Below, one piece after another: positions 52,105 through 62,470 of a stretch of 64,000 nucleotides of DNA (within the stretch, counting starts at the first letter, position 1; every line of letters begins with the position of its first letter). The notes beneath the pieces were generated by a model that saw nothing but the letters and a program-made list of their open reading frames with translations, ran no database searches and was not told where the DNA came from. This stretch comes from Candidatus Cloacimonadota bacterium. GTDB taxonomy: Bacteria; Cloacimonadota; Cloacimonadia; G963667145. The DNA lies in assembly GCA_963676615.1 (NCBI GenBank), contig OY781092.1, forward strand, positions 1,280,001 through 1,344,000. Direction: 5' to 3'. Position numbers and translations under genes: made by a program.

Positions 52105-53201
52105 TCCGCTTTCTCCAAAACCAGCCGAATCAACTTCGACACCTCTTCAGACGCCGACTTGCTGCCGATATTTTGCCGAATCGCATCGATATCCTGCTTC
52201 AGCTGCCGATGATGCTCGCCCTGCTTCAAATAGTAGTCGATATTTTCGCTGATTTTCACAAAATTCACATCTTTCTGCAAAAGCTCCGGCACCACCTGTT
52301 TTCGCATAATAATATTCGGCAAACCGACAAAATCCAGCCGCACAAACCGCTTGGCAAGCGCATACATCAGCGCATCGGCAATATACACAATGATAAACGG
52401 CGTATCGCACAAAGCCGCCTCCAGAGTCGTCGTTCCCGACTTCACAATCAAAAAATCGCAATAAGTCAGCACATCGTAATTATTTCCGCGCGCCAAGACA
52501 GCGTTTTCGATATTCCGAAAATAACCAGAATCCACCGAATCGCTCACCGCGATAACAAACTCGAAATTTTCATACGCCTTGCAAACCTTTTTGAAAACGG
52601 GCAAAAGCTTCTTCACCTCCGAATTGCGACTGCCGGGGAACATCCCGATTATTTTTTTGCTCCTAGCCAGCTTAAACTTCTTGCGAAAATCGTCTTCGCT
52701 CAGGCTCGGAGTCAGCTGCTCCATCACAGGATTTCCCACATAAAACGAGCGGATACCCTTGCTCTGCAAAAGTTTATGCTCAAACGGAAAAATCGAAGCC
52801 ACCACATCCACATACTTTTTAATCTTCTTCAATCGCCCGGGCTTCCACGCCCAAAATTTCGGGCAAATATAATAAACCACTGGAATTTTTAGCCGATGAG
52901 CGTATTTCGCCAAAATCATATTCAGACCTGGAAAATCGACCAGCACCACCAAATCTGGGCGCTCATCCCGAAAAATCCGCAAAATCTCTTGCTTCAACCT
53001 CCAAAAAGTCAGCAGCTTTTTTACCACATCGACAAAACCCATCACCGACAGTGAATCGCAATTGCGAATCAAACGACAGCCAGCCAGTTCCATATTGATG
53101 CCGCCAAGTCCGAAATTTTCGCAATCTGGCAGCTTTCGCAAAACGCAACCAGCGTGAACATCGCCCGATTTTTCGCCGACCGACCAAAATATCTTCTTCA
53201 C
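52098..53201 (-). CDS. lpxB: Lipid-A-disaccharide synthase
   Basis: GEKSGD, VDFPGLN, WAW, FPFE, PGSR, SGTTTLE, PELLQ; GTG start 53201 overlaps the holA stop. Confidence 0.93.
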   Translation of the reverse strand: MKKIFWSVGEKSGDVHAGCVLRKLPDCENFGLGGINMELAGCRLIRNCDSLSVMGFVDVVKKLLTFWRLKQEILRIFRDERPDLVVLVDFPGLNMILAKYAHRLKIPVVYYICPKFWAWKPGRLKKIKKYVDVVASIFPFEHKLLQSKGIRSFYVGNPVMEQLTPSLSEDDFRKKFKLARSKKIIGMFPGSRNSEVKKLLPVFKKVCKAYENFEFVIAVSDSVDSGYFRNIENAVLARGNNYDVLTYCDFLIVKSGTTTLEAALCDTPFIIVYIADALMYALAKRFVRLDFVGLPNIIMRKQVVPELLQKDVNFVKISENIDYYLKQGEHHRQLKQDIDAIRQNIGSKSASEEVSKLIRLVLEKAEC

Positions 53202-54190
53202 CGAATCCTCCTGCAAGCCCGCACAATCGTGCTCCGCAGCACCACCTTCGCAGGCAAAGGCGAACTTTTGAGCAAACAATCCGCCTGATGCAACAAATCA
53301 AAAATCTGCAAAACCTCTTTCTGATTATACCTGCTGGCATACTCCAGATAATCTTTGCGAAAAAAAGTGTGCACCTCGGGCAAATGATCCGCCATAATTT
53401 CCGCATCCGTATAATCGCCCCGCAGCGCCACAACCTTGTAGAGCGAGCCAAAAAATCTGCCCAGCACCCCCACAATCATCACCGCCGCAGAGCCAGAAGC
53501 CAGCAGCTGCTCCAAAAACTCCAGCGCTCTTCCGCATTGGCGCAGACCCAAGCAATTTTGCAGCTCAAACACCGAATGCTCCCGAAAGCCCAGCAAATAT
53601 TTTTTAACAGCGTCCTCTTTGATGCTCGCCTGATTGCCAAACAGCAGAAACAGCTTTTCGCACTCCTTGGCGATTTGCGCATAATCCAGCTCGACACTCC
53701 GCGCAAAAGCCTGCAGCGCATCGTTGGTAAACTGCAACTTCGTCGAACGCAAATATTTGATAACATCGCCAACACCATACGGTTTTTTGCAGTTCACCTC
53801 CCGAGATTTCTTGCAAATCGCCGCACAATTTTTGTTCCGCTTGTCAAATTTATCGGCAGTAATCACCAAAATAACGCCCTGCGGCAGCCCTTTAGCAAGA
53901 TACTCCATCACCGCATCACGCTCCGATTTAGACGCCATTTTGTTAAAATAGCTCAGCAGAACGAACTTTTGCGCATACAAAAACGAAAAACTCTCCAGAC
54001 TCGCAAAAAGTTCCTGAGCCGAAGTCTCGTCGCCATAAAGTTTGACAAACTCGGTCTTTTTGGGATTGCAAAGCGCCTCCAGCCGCTTAACCACGGCGCT
54101 CATCAGATAAGAATCGTCGCCATACACCAAGGTCAAAGGGCTGCTTTTCACCGATTTATCTCGAAGGAATTTGTCCGCAAAAATCACCAT
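53198..54190 (-). CDS. holA: DNA polymerase III delta subunit
   Basis: LVYGDDSYL, KECEKL, SVFEL, ADCLLKS; start ATG 54190. Confidence 0.85.
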   Translation of the reverse strand: MVIFADKFLRDKSVKSSPLTLVYGDDSYLMSAVVKRLEALCNPKKTEFVKLYGDETSAQELFASLESFSFLYAQKFVLLSYFNKMASKSERDAVMEYLAKGLPQGVILVITADKFDKRNKNCAAICKKSREVNCKKPYGVGDVIKYLRSTKLQFTNDALQAFARSVELDYAQIAKECEKLFLLFGNQASIKEDAVKKYLLGFREHSVFELQNCLGLRQCGRALEFLEQLLASGSAAVMIVGVLGRFFGSLYKVVALRGDYTDAEIMADHLPEVHTFFRKDYLEYASRYNQKEVLQIFDLLHQADCLLKSSPLPAKVVLRSTIVRACRRIR

Positions 54191-54210
54191 TTTTTCTACT
54201 TTATTTTTTT

Positions 54211-55011
54211 TTAAAAACCTGCCAAAATCAGCGCCGCACAAACAAACGAAACCGCAAAACAGTAGAAACCGAAAAACTTCAATTTGCCCACAGAAATCAG
54301 CCGCAAAAGCACGGCAATCACCAAATAGCCGCTCACAAAAGCAAAAAAAGCGCCCAAAACGCAATCGGCAAAATTCACCGACGCAGAAATCTCGTCCAGC
54401 TTGAGCACAAAAGCCCCCGCAATGGCAGGTATCGAGAGCAAAAACGAAAAACGAGCCGCTTCCTCTCGTTTGACTTTCATAAACAGCGACGCGCAAACCG
54501 TCGAGCCGCTGCGAGAAATCCCCGGCACTATCGCCAGAGCCTGCACAACACCAATGGCAATCGCCCGCAAAAAACCCATCTGCCCAGCCTCTAATCTGGC
54601 GTCTTTCACGCTATCCGAGGCGATCAACACAACGCCAGTAATCAGCAGCATCCCGCACACCAGCAAAGGTTTAGCAAAAATCGACTCCAGACTTTGCTCA
54701 AAAATCAGCCCCAAAACGCCCGTCACCACAGTGGCGACCAGCAAAAAAATCACCTCTTTGCGAGCCAGCAAAACCTCTTGGCTCGCATCGCCAAACCGCA
54801 AAAAATCTTTGCACAAACGCAACAAATCTCGCCGAAAATAAAGCAAAACCGCCAAGAGCGAGCCAAGATGCAGCACCACCTCCAGCGAAACATCGCCGCT
54901 CTTCATTCCAAAAAAATGCTTGGCAATCACCAAATGCCCCGACGAGCTAATCGGCAAAAACTCGCTCAACCCTTGCACAACGCCCAGCACCGCAATCTTT
55001 AGATAATACAC
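54211..55011 (-). CDS. uppP: Undecaprenyl-diphosphatase
   Basis: QGLSEFLPISSSGH, PGISRSGST, FSFLLSIP. Confidence 0.95.
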   Translation of the reverse strand: MYYLKIAVLGVVQGLSEFLPISSSGHLVIAKHFFGMKSGDVSLEVVLHLGSLLAVLLYFRRDLLRLCKDFLRFGDASQEVLLARKEVIFLLVATVVTGVLGLIFEQSLESIFAKPLLVCGMLLITGVVLIASDSVKDARLEAGQMGFLRAIAIGVVQALAIVPGISRSGSTVCASLFMKVKREEAARFSFLLSIPAIAGAFVLKLDEISASVNFADCVLGAFFAFVSGYLVIAVLLRLISVGKLKFFGFYCFAVSFVCAALILAGF

Positions 55012-55029
55012 GCTCTACCGCCTGTTTGC

Positions 55030-56211
55030 CTAATATTTATTCTCAAACGGAAAAAGCCGCGAAACTGGCACGACCTCATAGCCGAGCTTTTGCGCCTCTT
55101 CCAAAAAGAACAGCAAATTCTCCAGCCGCTCCTGATCAAAACAGTGCGAAATCACCACGACCTGATCTTTATTCTTCATCCAGCGCTGCAGGGTCTGCAC
55201 TTTGGTCTTCACCACATCTTTGCTCGAGGCAGGCACATCCAAAAACATATCCCGCTTCGCAGCTGGAATCAGCTTCTCTTTGGCAATTTTATAAGCTTTC
55301 GAGCTACCTATCGTTCTGCTATCCACAAAAAACAACTTCGCATCTTTGAGCTCGTCCAACACTGCGTTCATCACCCGCTGATCTTGCGTCGCGCGCGAGC
55401 CCATATGATTGTTCGCGCCAACGGCTTTCGGCAAAATCTTCAGATAGCTCTTGACTCGCTTCTTGATCTCGCCATCGCTCAAATCGACCATAATCGCGTT
55501 ATCGCCGGGGGAATTTTTCGGGTAGCTCAACGGCTCCATCGGCAGATGCACCAGCACCTCGTGTCCGCTAACAACAGCGGCGTCCATCACCGAAGTCGCT
55601 TTGGGCAAATTCGGCAAAACCGCAAAAGCTATTCGACTATCAGCCTTGCAAAAATTCGCCAAAAGCTCGCCCTCATATCCGCCAAAATCGTCAACAATCA
55701 CCGCCAGCTTTGGCGCAGGCTTCTCCTCGCCAGGCAAATAGCTAATCGTCGCCGTGTAGATTTTGCCATCTTTGGCACGAGCAATCACCTGATTTTCTTT
55801 GCCTTTGAGCAAAACAGAAGCCTCCAAAATCGTGCTGCCGCCCGCGCGAAAAGCGTTCTTGAGCACCAAAGTCATATAGGTCAAATCCAGCTGACTCTTG
55901 GGAATTTTCACCTTCAAAATCTCCGAACCGTCCGCATCTTTGCCAAAAGAAAAATTTTTGCCCATCTTCAGATTCAGTTTCACCATACTTTTAGCAAGCT
56001 CACCCTTCAGCCCGCTGAAGCCCAAATCCTCCTGCGGCAGCGTATCTCTGCGTGCCAAATCGCTTGCGCTAAAATATTTACTCAAATCAAAATCTTGCTT
56101 GCCGCTACCTCTCCAAAGCAGATAGCCACCCAAAATCAGCACCGCCAGCACTCCCAGGTGAATCGCCGCCAGCAGCAGATTACTCTTTTTCTTCCGCAAT
56201 TTCCTACTCAT
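55030..56211 (-). CDS. Divergent polysaccharide deacetylase (YibQ-like) with N-terminal membrane anchor
   Basis: IVDDFG, HLPMEP, NNHMGS, FVDSRT, DMFLD. Confidence 0.88.
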   Translation of the reverse strand: MSRKLRKKKSNLLLAAIHLGVLAVLILGGYLLWRGSGKQDFDLSKYFSASDLARRDTLPQEDLGFSGLKGELAKSMVKLNLKMGKNFSFGKDADGSEILKVKIPKSQLDLTYMTLVLKNAFRAGGSTILEASVLLKGKENQVIARAKDGKIYTATISYLPGEEKPAPKLAVIVDDFGGYEGELLANFCKADSRIAFAVLPNLPKATSVMDAAVVSGHEVLVHLPMEPLSYPKNSPGDNAIMVDLSDGEIKKRVKSYLKILPKAVGANNHMGSRATQDQRVMNAVLDELKDAKLFFVDSRTIGSSKAYKIAKEKLIPAAKRDMFLDVPASSKDVVKTKVQTLQRWMKNKDQVVVISHCFDQERLENLLFFLEEAQKLGYEVVPVSRLFPFENKY

Positions 56212-56512
56212 TCTCGTTCCCCTCTTGGATAAACTTGATAATCACCTCGCCCTCTTTCTGCATCCCATACTCCTCGCGCGCCATTTTCTCCAGCTCCACA
56301 CCCTCACCTTGCACCTTGTCCAGCTCCTCTTGCAACTCCCGATTCTCCTGCGTCAGCGCCTGCTCCTCTTTTTGCAAAACCTCCAGCCTCCGCGACGACT
56401 CGAAACGACTATAAAAACTGTCAGGACCCCAAAATAAAATTTTGAGAAGAAAATACACAATCGCAACAATCAAGCCCCACTTGTAAAAACTCTTTCTATT
56501 CATAAAAGACAA
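56204..56512 (-). CDS. ftsB: Septum formation initiator FtsB/DivIC
   Basis: TM helix, coiled coil, EKMAREEYGM...GE. Confidence 0.85.
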   Translation of the reverse strand: MSFMNRKSFYKWGLIVAIVYFLLKILFWGPDSFYSRFESSRRLEVLQKEEQALTQENRELQEELDKVQGEGVELEKMAREEYGMQKEGEVIIKFIQEGNENE

Positions 56513-56522
56513 CCTTATCTCC

Positions 56523-57089
56523 TTAATTTTCGCCTTGCTTATAAAAACTCACGACATCCGCCTTAATCGCAGACGACAAAAAATCTGCATAACATTCGGG
56601 AAAAGCACGAATTTGCGACGAGCTCACATCGACAAAATCCATCTGCACAAACTCCAGCTTGTCCGCATAATCTAGCCCTTGCCAAGCTTTTGCGCCCTTG
56701 CGCGAAACCACCACGAACCTCACATTCGCAAGCAAATAATCAAACCGATGCCAACTGCTGAGCCCCGCGACATTATCCTCCCCGACAACAAAAAAATATT
56801 CACGATTTTTCTGCGGAAGTTTTTCCAGCAAATCCGCCGTGTAGCAAACTCCGCCATCGCCTTTATCAAAATCTTGCACAACAAAATTCGGCTGACCCGC
56901 TACCGCTTGCTCCAGCCAGCGCTTTCTCCTGTCAAAATCCGCCACTTGCTGCTTAAATCGATGACAACCAGAGGGCAAAAACCAAACCTTATCCAGCCGC
57001 AGCTCCTGCAAAACCGCTCTCGCCACAGCCAAATGTCCCAGATGTACAGGGTCGAAAGCTCCGCCTAAAAGCCCGATTTTCTCCATCAA
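56523..57089 (-). CDS. nadD: Nicotinate-nucleotide adenylyltransferase
   Basis: GGAFDPVHLGH, YT, GEDN...WH, SSSQIR. Confidence 0.92.
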   Translation of the reverse strand: MMEKIGLLGGAFDPVHLGHLAVARAVLQELRLDKVWFLPSGCHRFKQQVADFDRRKRWLEQAVAGQPNFVVQDFDKGDGGVCYTADLLEKLPQKNREYFFVVGEDNVAGLSSWHRFDYLLANVRFVVVSRKGAKAWQGLDYADKLEFVQMDFVDVSSSQIRAFPECYADFLSSAIKADVVSFYKQGEN

Positions 57090-57811
57090 TCCGCAAGTTT
57101 ACGCTTTATTTCCGTCGCTTCGTAACTTTGTGGGAAATAGTAGCTCAAATCGTCCGAATACGACTCCGCCTCCGCACGATTGCCGCGCTCCAGATAAATC
57201 AGACAAAGATAATACAAACTCATCTTCATCGGCTCGACCCGCTGCCCATACAGCTCATCCAAAACCTCTTTGAAATACATCACCGCCGACGAGTAATCCA
57301 AAATTTTGTAGTAGATATAACCGTTATAATACTTCTTCAGCGTCAACTGGTAATACGCCTGCTTCAAAAGCTCCTTCGCCTTGTCCGCGTTCGCATCATA
57401 AGGATACAAGCTCAAAAATTTCTTCAAAGTCTCGATCTCCTCGTAGCGCTGCTTTTGGTCATATTGCGGGGCAAGCGCCAGATGCTCATAACACACCGCC
57501 AGATTAAAATAAACCTCGTTCAACTTGGCAAAACGAGGATAATCGTCGAGAATCTGCTTAAGCTCCAAAGACGCCAAATCGTATTGCTGCGTCTTGAGAT
57601 AACACTGCGCAAGCCGAAAGCTGATCTGCTCGGTGCTGCTGCCAATCCGCTGAAAAACCACCGCATCGTAATATGGAATCGCCTTGCTATACTCGCCATT
57701 TTCATAAAAGCTATCGCCCGTGCTAATCTGCTCCGCCAAACTCATTTTGGCGACATCTTTGCCCGCACAACCCAAAAACAAAACCACCAAAAGCGAGAAA
57801 AAAACTCTCAT
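57086..57811 (-). CDS. bamD: Outer-membrane protein assembly factor BamD
   Basis: Lipobox FLGC, TPR-like repeats, YDQ...FLSLYP. Confidence 0.8.
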   Translation of the reverse strand: MRVFFSLLVVLFLGCAGKDVAKMSLAEQISTGDSFYENGEYSKAIPYYDAVVFQRIGSSTEQISFRLAQCYLKTQQYDLASLELKQILDDYPRFAKLNEVYFNLAVCYEHLALAPQYDQKQRYEEIETLKKFLSLYPYDANADKAKELLKQAYYQLTLKKYYNGYIYYKILDYSSAVMYFKEVLDELYGQRVEPMKMSLYYLCLIYLERGNRAEAESYSDDLSYYFPQSYEATEIKRKLAD

Positions 57812-59308
57812 CTAAAAATTCTCCTGCTTGGGAATATAGTCGAAAAATTTGTAACGATAATCTTCGATTTTCAAAAACCTGAACTGCTCCGAAAACCAAA
57901 GATTAAAATCTTTGTTGCTGCGCTCTTGCTCAATCTTCGTCCGCAAAGCCTCTTTCTCTTTGGCAAACTCGCTCCAGTTCAGCTCATCGCGCTTGCTCAC
58001 ATAGCCGATAGCCGCGCCTTTGCCCGTCAGAGTATCCACCACCAAGGGAGTATATTGCCCCTTATCCAGCTCAAACAAATCTTCCGACAAAGCGGGGAAA
58101 TTACCAATTTCGGGCAACACATCGCCAACCTTCAGGTTGTTCGCCCGCACAATCTCCAGCTTCGCCGCTCTGGCTCTGGTCAGATAATTTTTCTTGCCCG
58201 CATAAAACTTCTGCGCCTGCTCAATGCTCTCGCGCACCCGATTCTGAAACTCCAGCGCTTGCTCCAGCTCATCCTCAATCTGCTCAAACGAAAAAATCGG
58301 CGAAATATCGATACTCTTCAGCGCAAAAACAGCCAACGAGTTTTCACCCTCGACAATCTCCGTGCAATCGCCAACCGCCGCATCGTTAAACAAAAAAGCC
58401 ACCATCTCTGGGCTCGCATCCACCTCTGGAAAAATCGGCGACGCCTTCAGAACTTCCTCCGTCACTTGCGCCTTCAAGCCCATCTCTTTTGCCGCCTGCG
58501 CAAACCCTTTCTCCTTGACGAGCGCCAAAAACTTTTGCAGCTTCTCCTGTGCCTTACCTTTGGCGACATCGTCCGCAAAATCTACCACCACATAATCAAA
58601 AACGCGACTCTCGCCTTTTTTGAAAGCCTGCTTATTCGCCTCATAAAAATCCAGCAGTTCCTTCTGTGTCAGCTTTTTTTCGACCTTCACCTTCTCGGGA
58701 TTAAACCAAATAACCCTAGCATCCAGCTCCTGATTTTGGTCGATATACTCCTGGCGAACATCGGCGTCCGACACAAAAACTTTTCCGACCACATCCAGCT
58801 GCAGATTCTGAATCAGCAACCTTTGCCGATAAACCGATTCCAGCGCCTCGACATTCAACTGTCCCAAACGCAAAGCCTGCTCATACTTCTCCTGATCGAA
58901 CTTGCCGTCGGTCTGCATCTGCTCCATCTGCTTTATCTGCTCCAGCGGATCGTCCTTTATCGCCTTGGCAATCTGCTTGGCGCTCACCTCCACAGCGTAG
59001 TCGTCAATCGCCTTATTTATCACATAATCTTGCACCATCTGATACCAAACCTGATTATTTATCTGCGCCAGCTGCTCGTTAGACAGCTGCTGACCTCCGC
59101 CCAAAGACTGACTGTAGTTATACACAGCCGCCTCAAAATTTTGGGCAAACTCCTGAATCGTTATCTCTTTGTCGCCGATTACCCCCAGCTCGTTATCCTT
59201 CTCGCTAAAAATCCCCGTTAGACCCATCATCGCCATACCACCCACGAACAAAATCGCCGTGATAATAATCACAATTTTAGAATGCTTCCGTAAAATATGC
59301 ATAAACAT
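57812..59308 (-). CDS. SurA/PpiD-like periplasmic chaperone
   Basis: N-terminal TM, SurA_N-like GVIGDKEIT...GKFDQEKY, VSDADVRQEY, degenerate parvulin region. Confidence 0.75.
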   Translation of the reverse strand: MFMHILRKHSKIVIIITAILFVGGMAMMGLTGIFSEKDNELGVIGDKEITIQEFAQNFEAAVYNYSQSLGGGQQLSNEQLAQINNQVWYQMVQDYVINKAIDDYAVEVSAKQIAKAIKDDPLEQIKQMEQMQTDGKFDQEKYEQALRLGQLNVEALESVYRQRLLIQNLQLDVVGKVFVSDADVRQEYIDQNQELDARVIWFNPEKVKVEKKLTQKELLDFYEANKQAFKKGESRVFDYVVVDFADDVAKGKAQEKLQKFLALVKEKGFAQAAKEMGLKAQVTEEVLKASPIFPEVDASPEMVAFLFNDAAVGDCTEIVEGENSLAVFALKSIDISPIFSFEQIEDELEQALEFQNRVRESIEQAQKFYAGKKNYLTRARAAKLEIVRANNLKVGDVLPEIGNFPALSEDLFELDKGQYTPLVVDTLTGKGAAIGYVSKRDELNWSEFAKEKEALRTKIEQERSNKDFNLWFSEQFRFLKIEDYRYKFFDYIPKQENF

Positions 59309-59535
59309 TTACTCCTTTTTCTTGAAAAAATACAATTTTCTGACTATTTCTATATCTGCTCAAATCTTGACAAGACAAAAAAAGCAATTTTTTAGCAAAC
59401 CTCACTCAAAATTTTTGATTACAAAATTGACCTAGCAAAATCGAACTCAGCTTGAGAAAAACTTGACAAAAATCACAAAAATAAAATCAAACAGAACTAA
59501 ACAAACCTCAAAACTTTAATATAAATTTAAAAAGT

Positions 59536-59688
59536 ATGAACAAAAACAAAAAAATTGGAAAACCATTTTTAAAATGGGCAGGCGGCAAAACTCAGCTGCT
59601 TGACAAAATCGAACAATCGTTTCCTCGCGACCAACAAATTCCTCCACAGCCTAACAAAAAAAACAACAAAGATGACTGCAGATTTTAA
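59536..59688 (+). pseudogene. Dam/DpnM-family adenine methyltransferase N-terminal remnant (50 codons, about 30 homologous)
   Basis: Not in the ORF track; manual translation MNKNKKIGKPFLKWAGGKTQLLDKIEQSFP then unrelated sequence and TAA; KWAGGK is the Dam-family N-terminal signature. Confidence 0.85.
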
Positions 59689-60451
59689 CTTAAAATTAGC
59701 AAATAGCTACAAAAACAACTCCCAAATAGCAAGAGTGTTAACTGAAGACTGGGTGTTGCGTAATTCCTATTGCCCCAATTGCGGCAAGACTCATTTAAAC
59801 AAATTTGAAAACAATAGACCTGCTGCTGACTTCTTTTGCAGCTACTGCAAAGAAGAATTTGAGCTAAAAAGCAAAAAAGGCAAATTGCCTAATAAAATCA
59901 CAGACGGCGCTTATTCAACAATGATTGAAAGAATAAATTCTAAAAACAATCCAAATTTCTTTTTTCTTACTTATTCAAAAAAATGGAGTGTCGAAAATTT
60001 TCTAGTTATTCCAAAACAGTTTTTCACAGAAGAAATTATTATAAAAAGACATCCTCTTAGCGAAACAGCAAAGCGAGCTGGTTGGATTGGCTGTAATATA
60101 GATATTTCAAAAATTGCAGAAGTAGGCAAAGTTTTTCTTCTAAAAAACACACAACCTATTAGCCCTCAAGTAGTCACTAAAACATTTGAAAACACATTAT
60201 TTTTAAGAGAAAAAAAGAAAGAAACTAAAAGTTGGCTTCTTGACATCCTTAGATGTATTGACAGTATCCACAAAGAAGATTTCACACTTGAAGAAATATA
60301 CCGCTTTGAAAAAATCTTAAAAATAAAATATCCTAACAATAATTTCATAAAAGATAAAATCAGACAACAGTTACAAATTCTTAGAGATAAAGGAATTATT
60401 GAATTTAAAGGGAAAGGTCATTATAAAAAGGTTGATTATGGCAACATTTAA
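59672..60451 (+). CDS. dpnC: DpnI-family methyl-directed restriction endonuclease (Dam-replacing protein)
   Basis: SQIARVLTEDWV, YCPNCG, NNRPAADFFC..C, ELKSK, DGAYSTM, ETAKRAGWIGC, winged helix KIRQQLQILRD. Confidence 0.92.
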   Translation: MTADFNLKLANSYKNNSQIARVLTEDWVLRNSYCPNCGKTHLNKFENNRPAADFFCSYCKEEFELKSKKGKLPNKITDGAYSTMIERINSKNNPNFFFLTYSKKWSVENFLVIPKQFFTEEIIIKRHPLSETAKRAGWIGCNIDISKIAEVGKVFLLKNTQPISPQVVTKTFENTLFLREKKKETKSWLLDILRCIDSIHKEDFTLEEIYRFEKILKIKYPNNNFIKDKIRQQLQILRDKGIIEFKGKGHYKKVDYGNI

Positions 60452-60752
60452 AGTTGAAATTCAAGAATTTTTGTCAAGAATTGTAAAAATTAAAGCTGAA
60501 AATATATCCGATGCTATTTCTATAGTAGAAGAAAAATACAAAAAAGCTGAAGTAGTTTTAGACTATAATGATTTTGTAGAAGTAAACTTTGTTAATAAAA
60601 ATAAACAAAGTAAAAAGGATGAATTGAATCAGCTAATTAAAGAAGTTGTAGAATATCTTTATGTTGATGAAGAAAGACATTTTGAAGAATCTGATAAACC
60701 CAAAAATCACATCTTCAGCAAAATAAAAAGAATTAAGGACTTAACTAATTAA
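60438..60752 (+). CDS. dpnD: DpnD/PcfM-family protein
   Basis: FKVEIQEFLSRIVKIKAEN...A...EKY....VVLD..DF; start overlaps the dpnC end. Confidence 0.8.
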   Translation: MATFKVEIQEFLSRIVKIKAENISDAISIVEEKYKKAEVVLDYNDFVEVNFVNKNKQSKKDELNQLIKEVVEYLYVDEERHFEESDKPKNHIFSKIKRIKDLTN

Positions 60753-60763
60753 TTTTTGTTTTA

Positions 60764-61513
60764 TTCGACATGATTTTTGCAGACCCACCCTATTTTCTTT
60801 CAAATGACGGCTTAACCATTGAGAACGGAAAAATCACCTCGGTAAATAAAGGAGATTGGGACAAATCGCAAGGTTTTGATTTCATCAATAATTTTAACCG
60901 GGAATGGCTAAAATTAGCACGCAACAAGATGAAAGACAACGCCACAATTTGGATAAGCGGCACAATGCACAATATTTTTAGCGTCGGTCAAATTCTTACT
61001 GAATTAGGGTTTAAAATTTTAAATATTGTTACTTGGCAAAAAACAAATCCTCCTCCAAATTTTTCCAAAAAATATTTCACTCACTCAACCGAGCAAATAA
61101 TCTGGGCAAGAAAATCTCAAAAAACGCCTCATTTCTACAACTACGATTTGATGAAAAAAATAAACAACGACAAGCAGATGAAAGATGTTTGGACTTTGCC
61201 AGCTATCGCACCGTGGGAAAAATCCTGCTCAAAGCATCCAACACAAAAGCCACTTTCAGTTTTAACAAGAATTATCCTAGCATCAACCCAAAAAAACGCA
61301 ACCATTTTAGACCCATTTGCAGGAAGCAGCACAACAGGAATCGCTGCGAACTTAACAGAGCGCAAATTTTTGGGAATTGACACAGAAAAAAAATTTTTGG
61401 ACATTAGCATCAAAAGAAAAAAAGAGATCGAAAACGCCAACATCGCCAAAAAATACAAAGCAAAAATCAAAGGATTTGCGACAAACACACAACTTGACGC
61501 CATTTTACTTTAA
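60764..61513 (+). pseudogene. DpnA-like beta-class N6-adenine methyltransferase lacking its N-terminus (possibly non-functional)
   Basis: FDMIFADPPYFLSN, SVNKGDWD, ISGTMHNI, WQKTNPPPN, QMKDVW, KHPTQKP, LDPFAGSSTTG; in-frame TAA at 60746 and no RBS before ATG 60770. Confidence 0.7.
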
Positions 61514-61635
61514 AAATCTAAAAACACTTCGATAAAATCAGCCCCATTCCTCCACTAAACCGACAAAATCGCTTGACAACTTCTGTCTCGGCAAAAAATT
61601 CTTCAAAATTTTCTTTAATAAAAGGGTGGATTTGA

Positions 61636-62451
61636 ATGAAAGACAGTTTAAAGTTAGGATTCAAGGCGAGCGACAAAGATGTGACCATTATCGAAGTCGG
61701 CGGTGTCAAAATCGGCAAAGATTTCGTTTTGATGGCAGGTCCCTGCGCAGTGGAATCGCTGGAGCAGACAGTAGAAACCGCCAAAATGGTAAAGGCCGCT
61801 GGCGCAAACTTTCTTCGTGGCGGAGCTTTCAAACCCCGCACCTCCCCTTACGATTTCCAAGGTCTAGGACTCGAGGGCTTAAAAATCCTCGAAGAAGCCA
61901 AAAAAGAGACGGGACTGCCCATCGTTTCCGAGGTCATCGACCCGCGCGATGTCAACTGGATTTGCCAGTATGTCGATATTTTACAAGTCGGAGCGCGCAA
62001 TATGCAAAACTTCTCGCTGCTCAAAGAGATCGGCAAATCGAAAAAGCCCGTAATCCTCAAACGAGGAATGTACTCCACGCTCAAAGAGTGGCTCAACTGC
62101 GCCGAATACATCCTCTCGGAAGGCAACCCCAATGTCATCTTGTGCGAGCGCGGCATCCGAACTTTCGAGACCTACACCCGCAACACACTTGACCTGAGCA
62201 TCGTGCCGGCTGCCAAAGAAAACTCACACCTGCCGATAATCGTCGATCCATCGCACGCAACGGGCAAACTTTCGCTCATCGAACCAATGGCGATGGCTGC
62301 TCTCACCGCTGGCGCCGACGGACTCATCATCGAAGCTCACATAGAGCCATCTTGCGCCCTTTGCGACGGTCCGCAACAACTCGACGGCAAAATGTTTCCA
62401 CCGTTTGCCAAAAAAATGAAAAAGCTACACACCCTGCTTAACCAGCTGTAA
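61636..62451 (+). CDS. aroF: DAHP synthase (class I-beta)
   Basis: AGPCAVES, GGAFKPRTSPY, QVGARNMQN, LKRG, CERGIRTFE, DPSH. Confidence 0.93.
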   Translation: MKDSLKLGFKASDKDVTIIEVGGVKIGKDFVLMAGPCAVESLEQTVETAKMVKAAGANFLRGGAFKPRTSPYDFQGLGLEGLKILEEAKKETGLPIVSEVIDPRDVNWICQYVDILQVGARNMQNFSLLKEIGKSKKPVILKRGMYSTLKEWLNCAEYILSEGNPNVILCERGIRTFETYTRNTLDLSIVPAAKENSHLPIIVDPSHATGKLSLIEPMAMAALTAGADGLIIEAHIEPSCALCDGPQQLDGKMFPPFAKKMKKLHTLLNQL

Positions 62452-62470
62452 AAACAGGAACTTATCGCTT

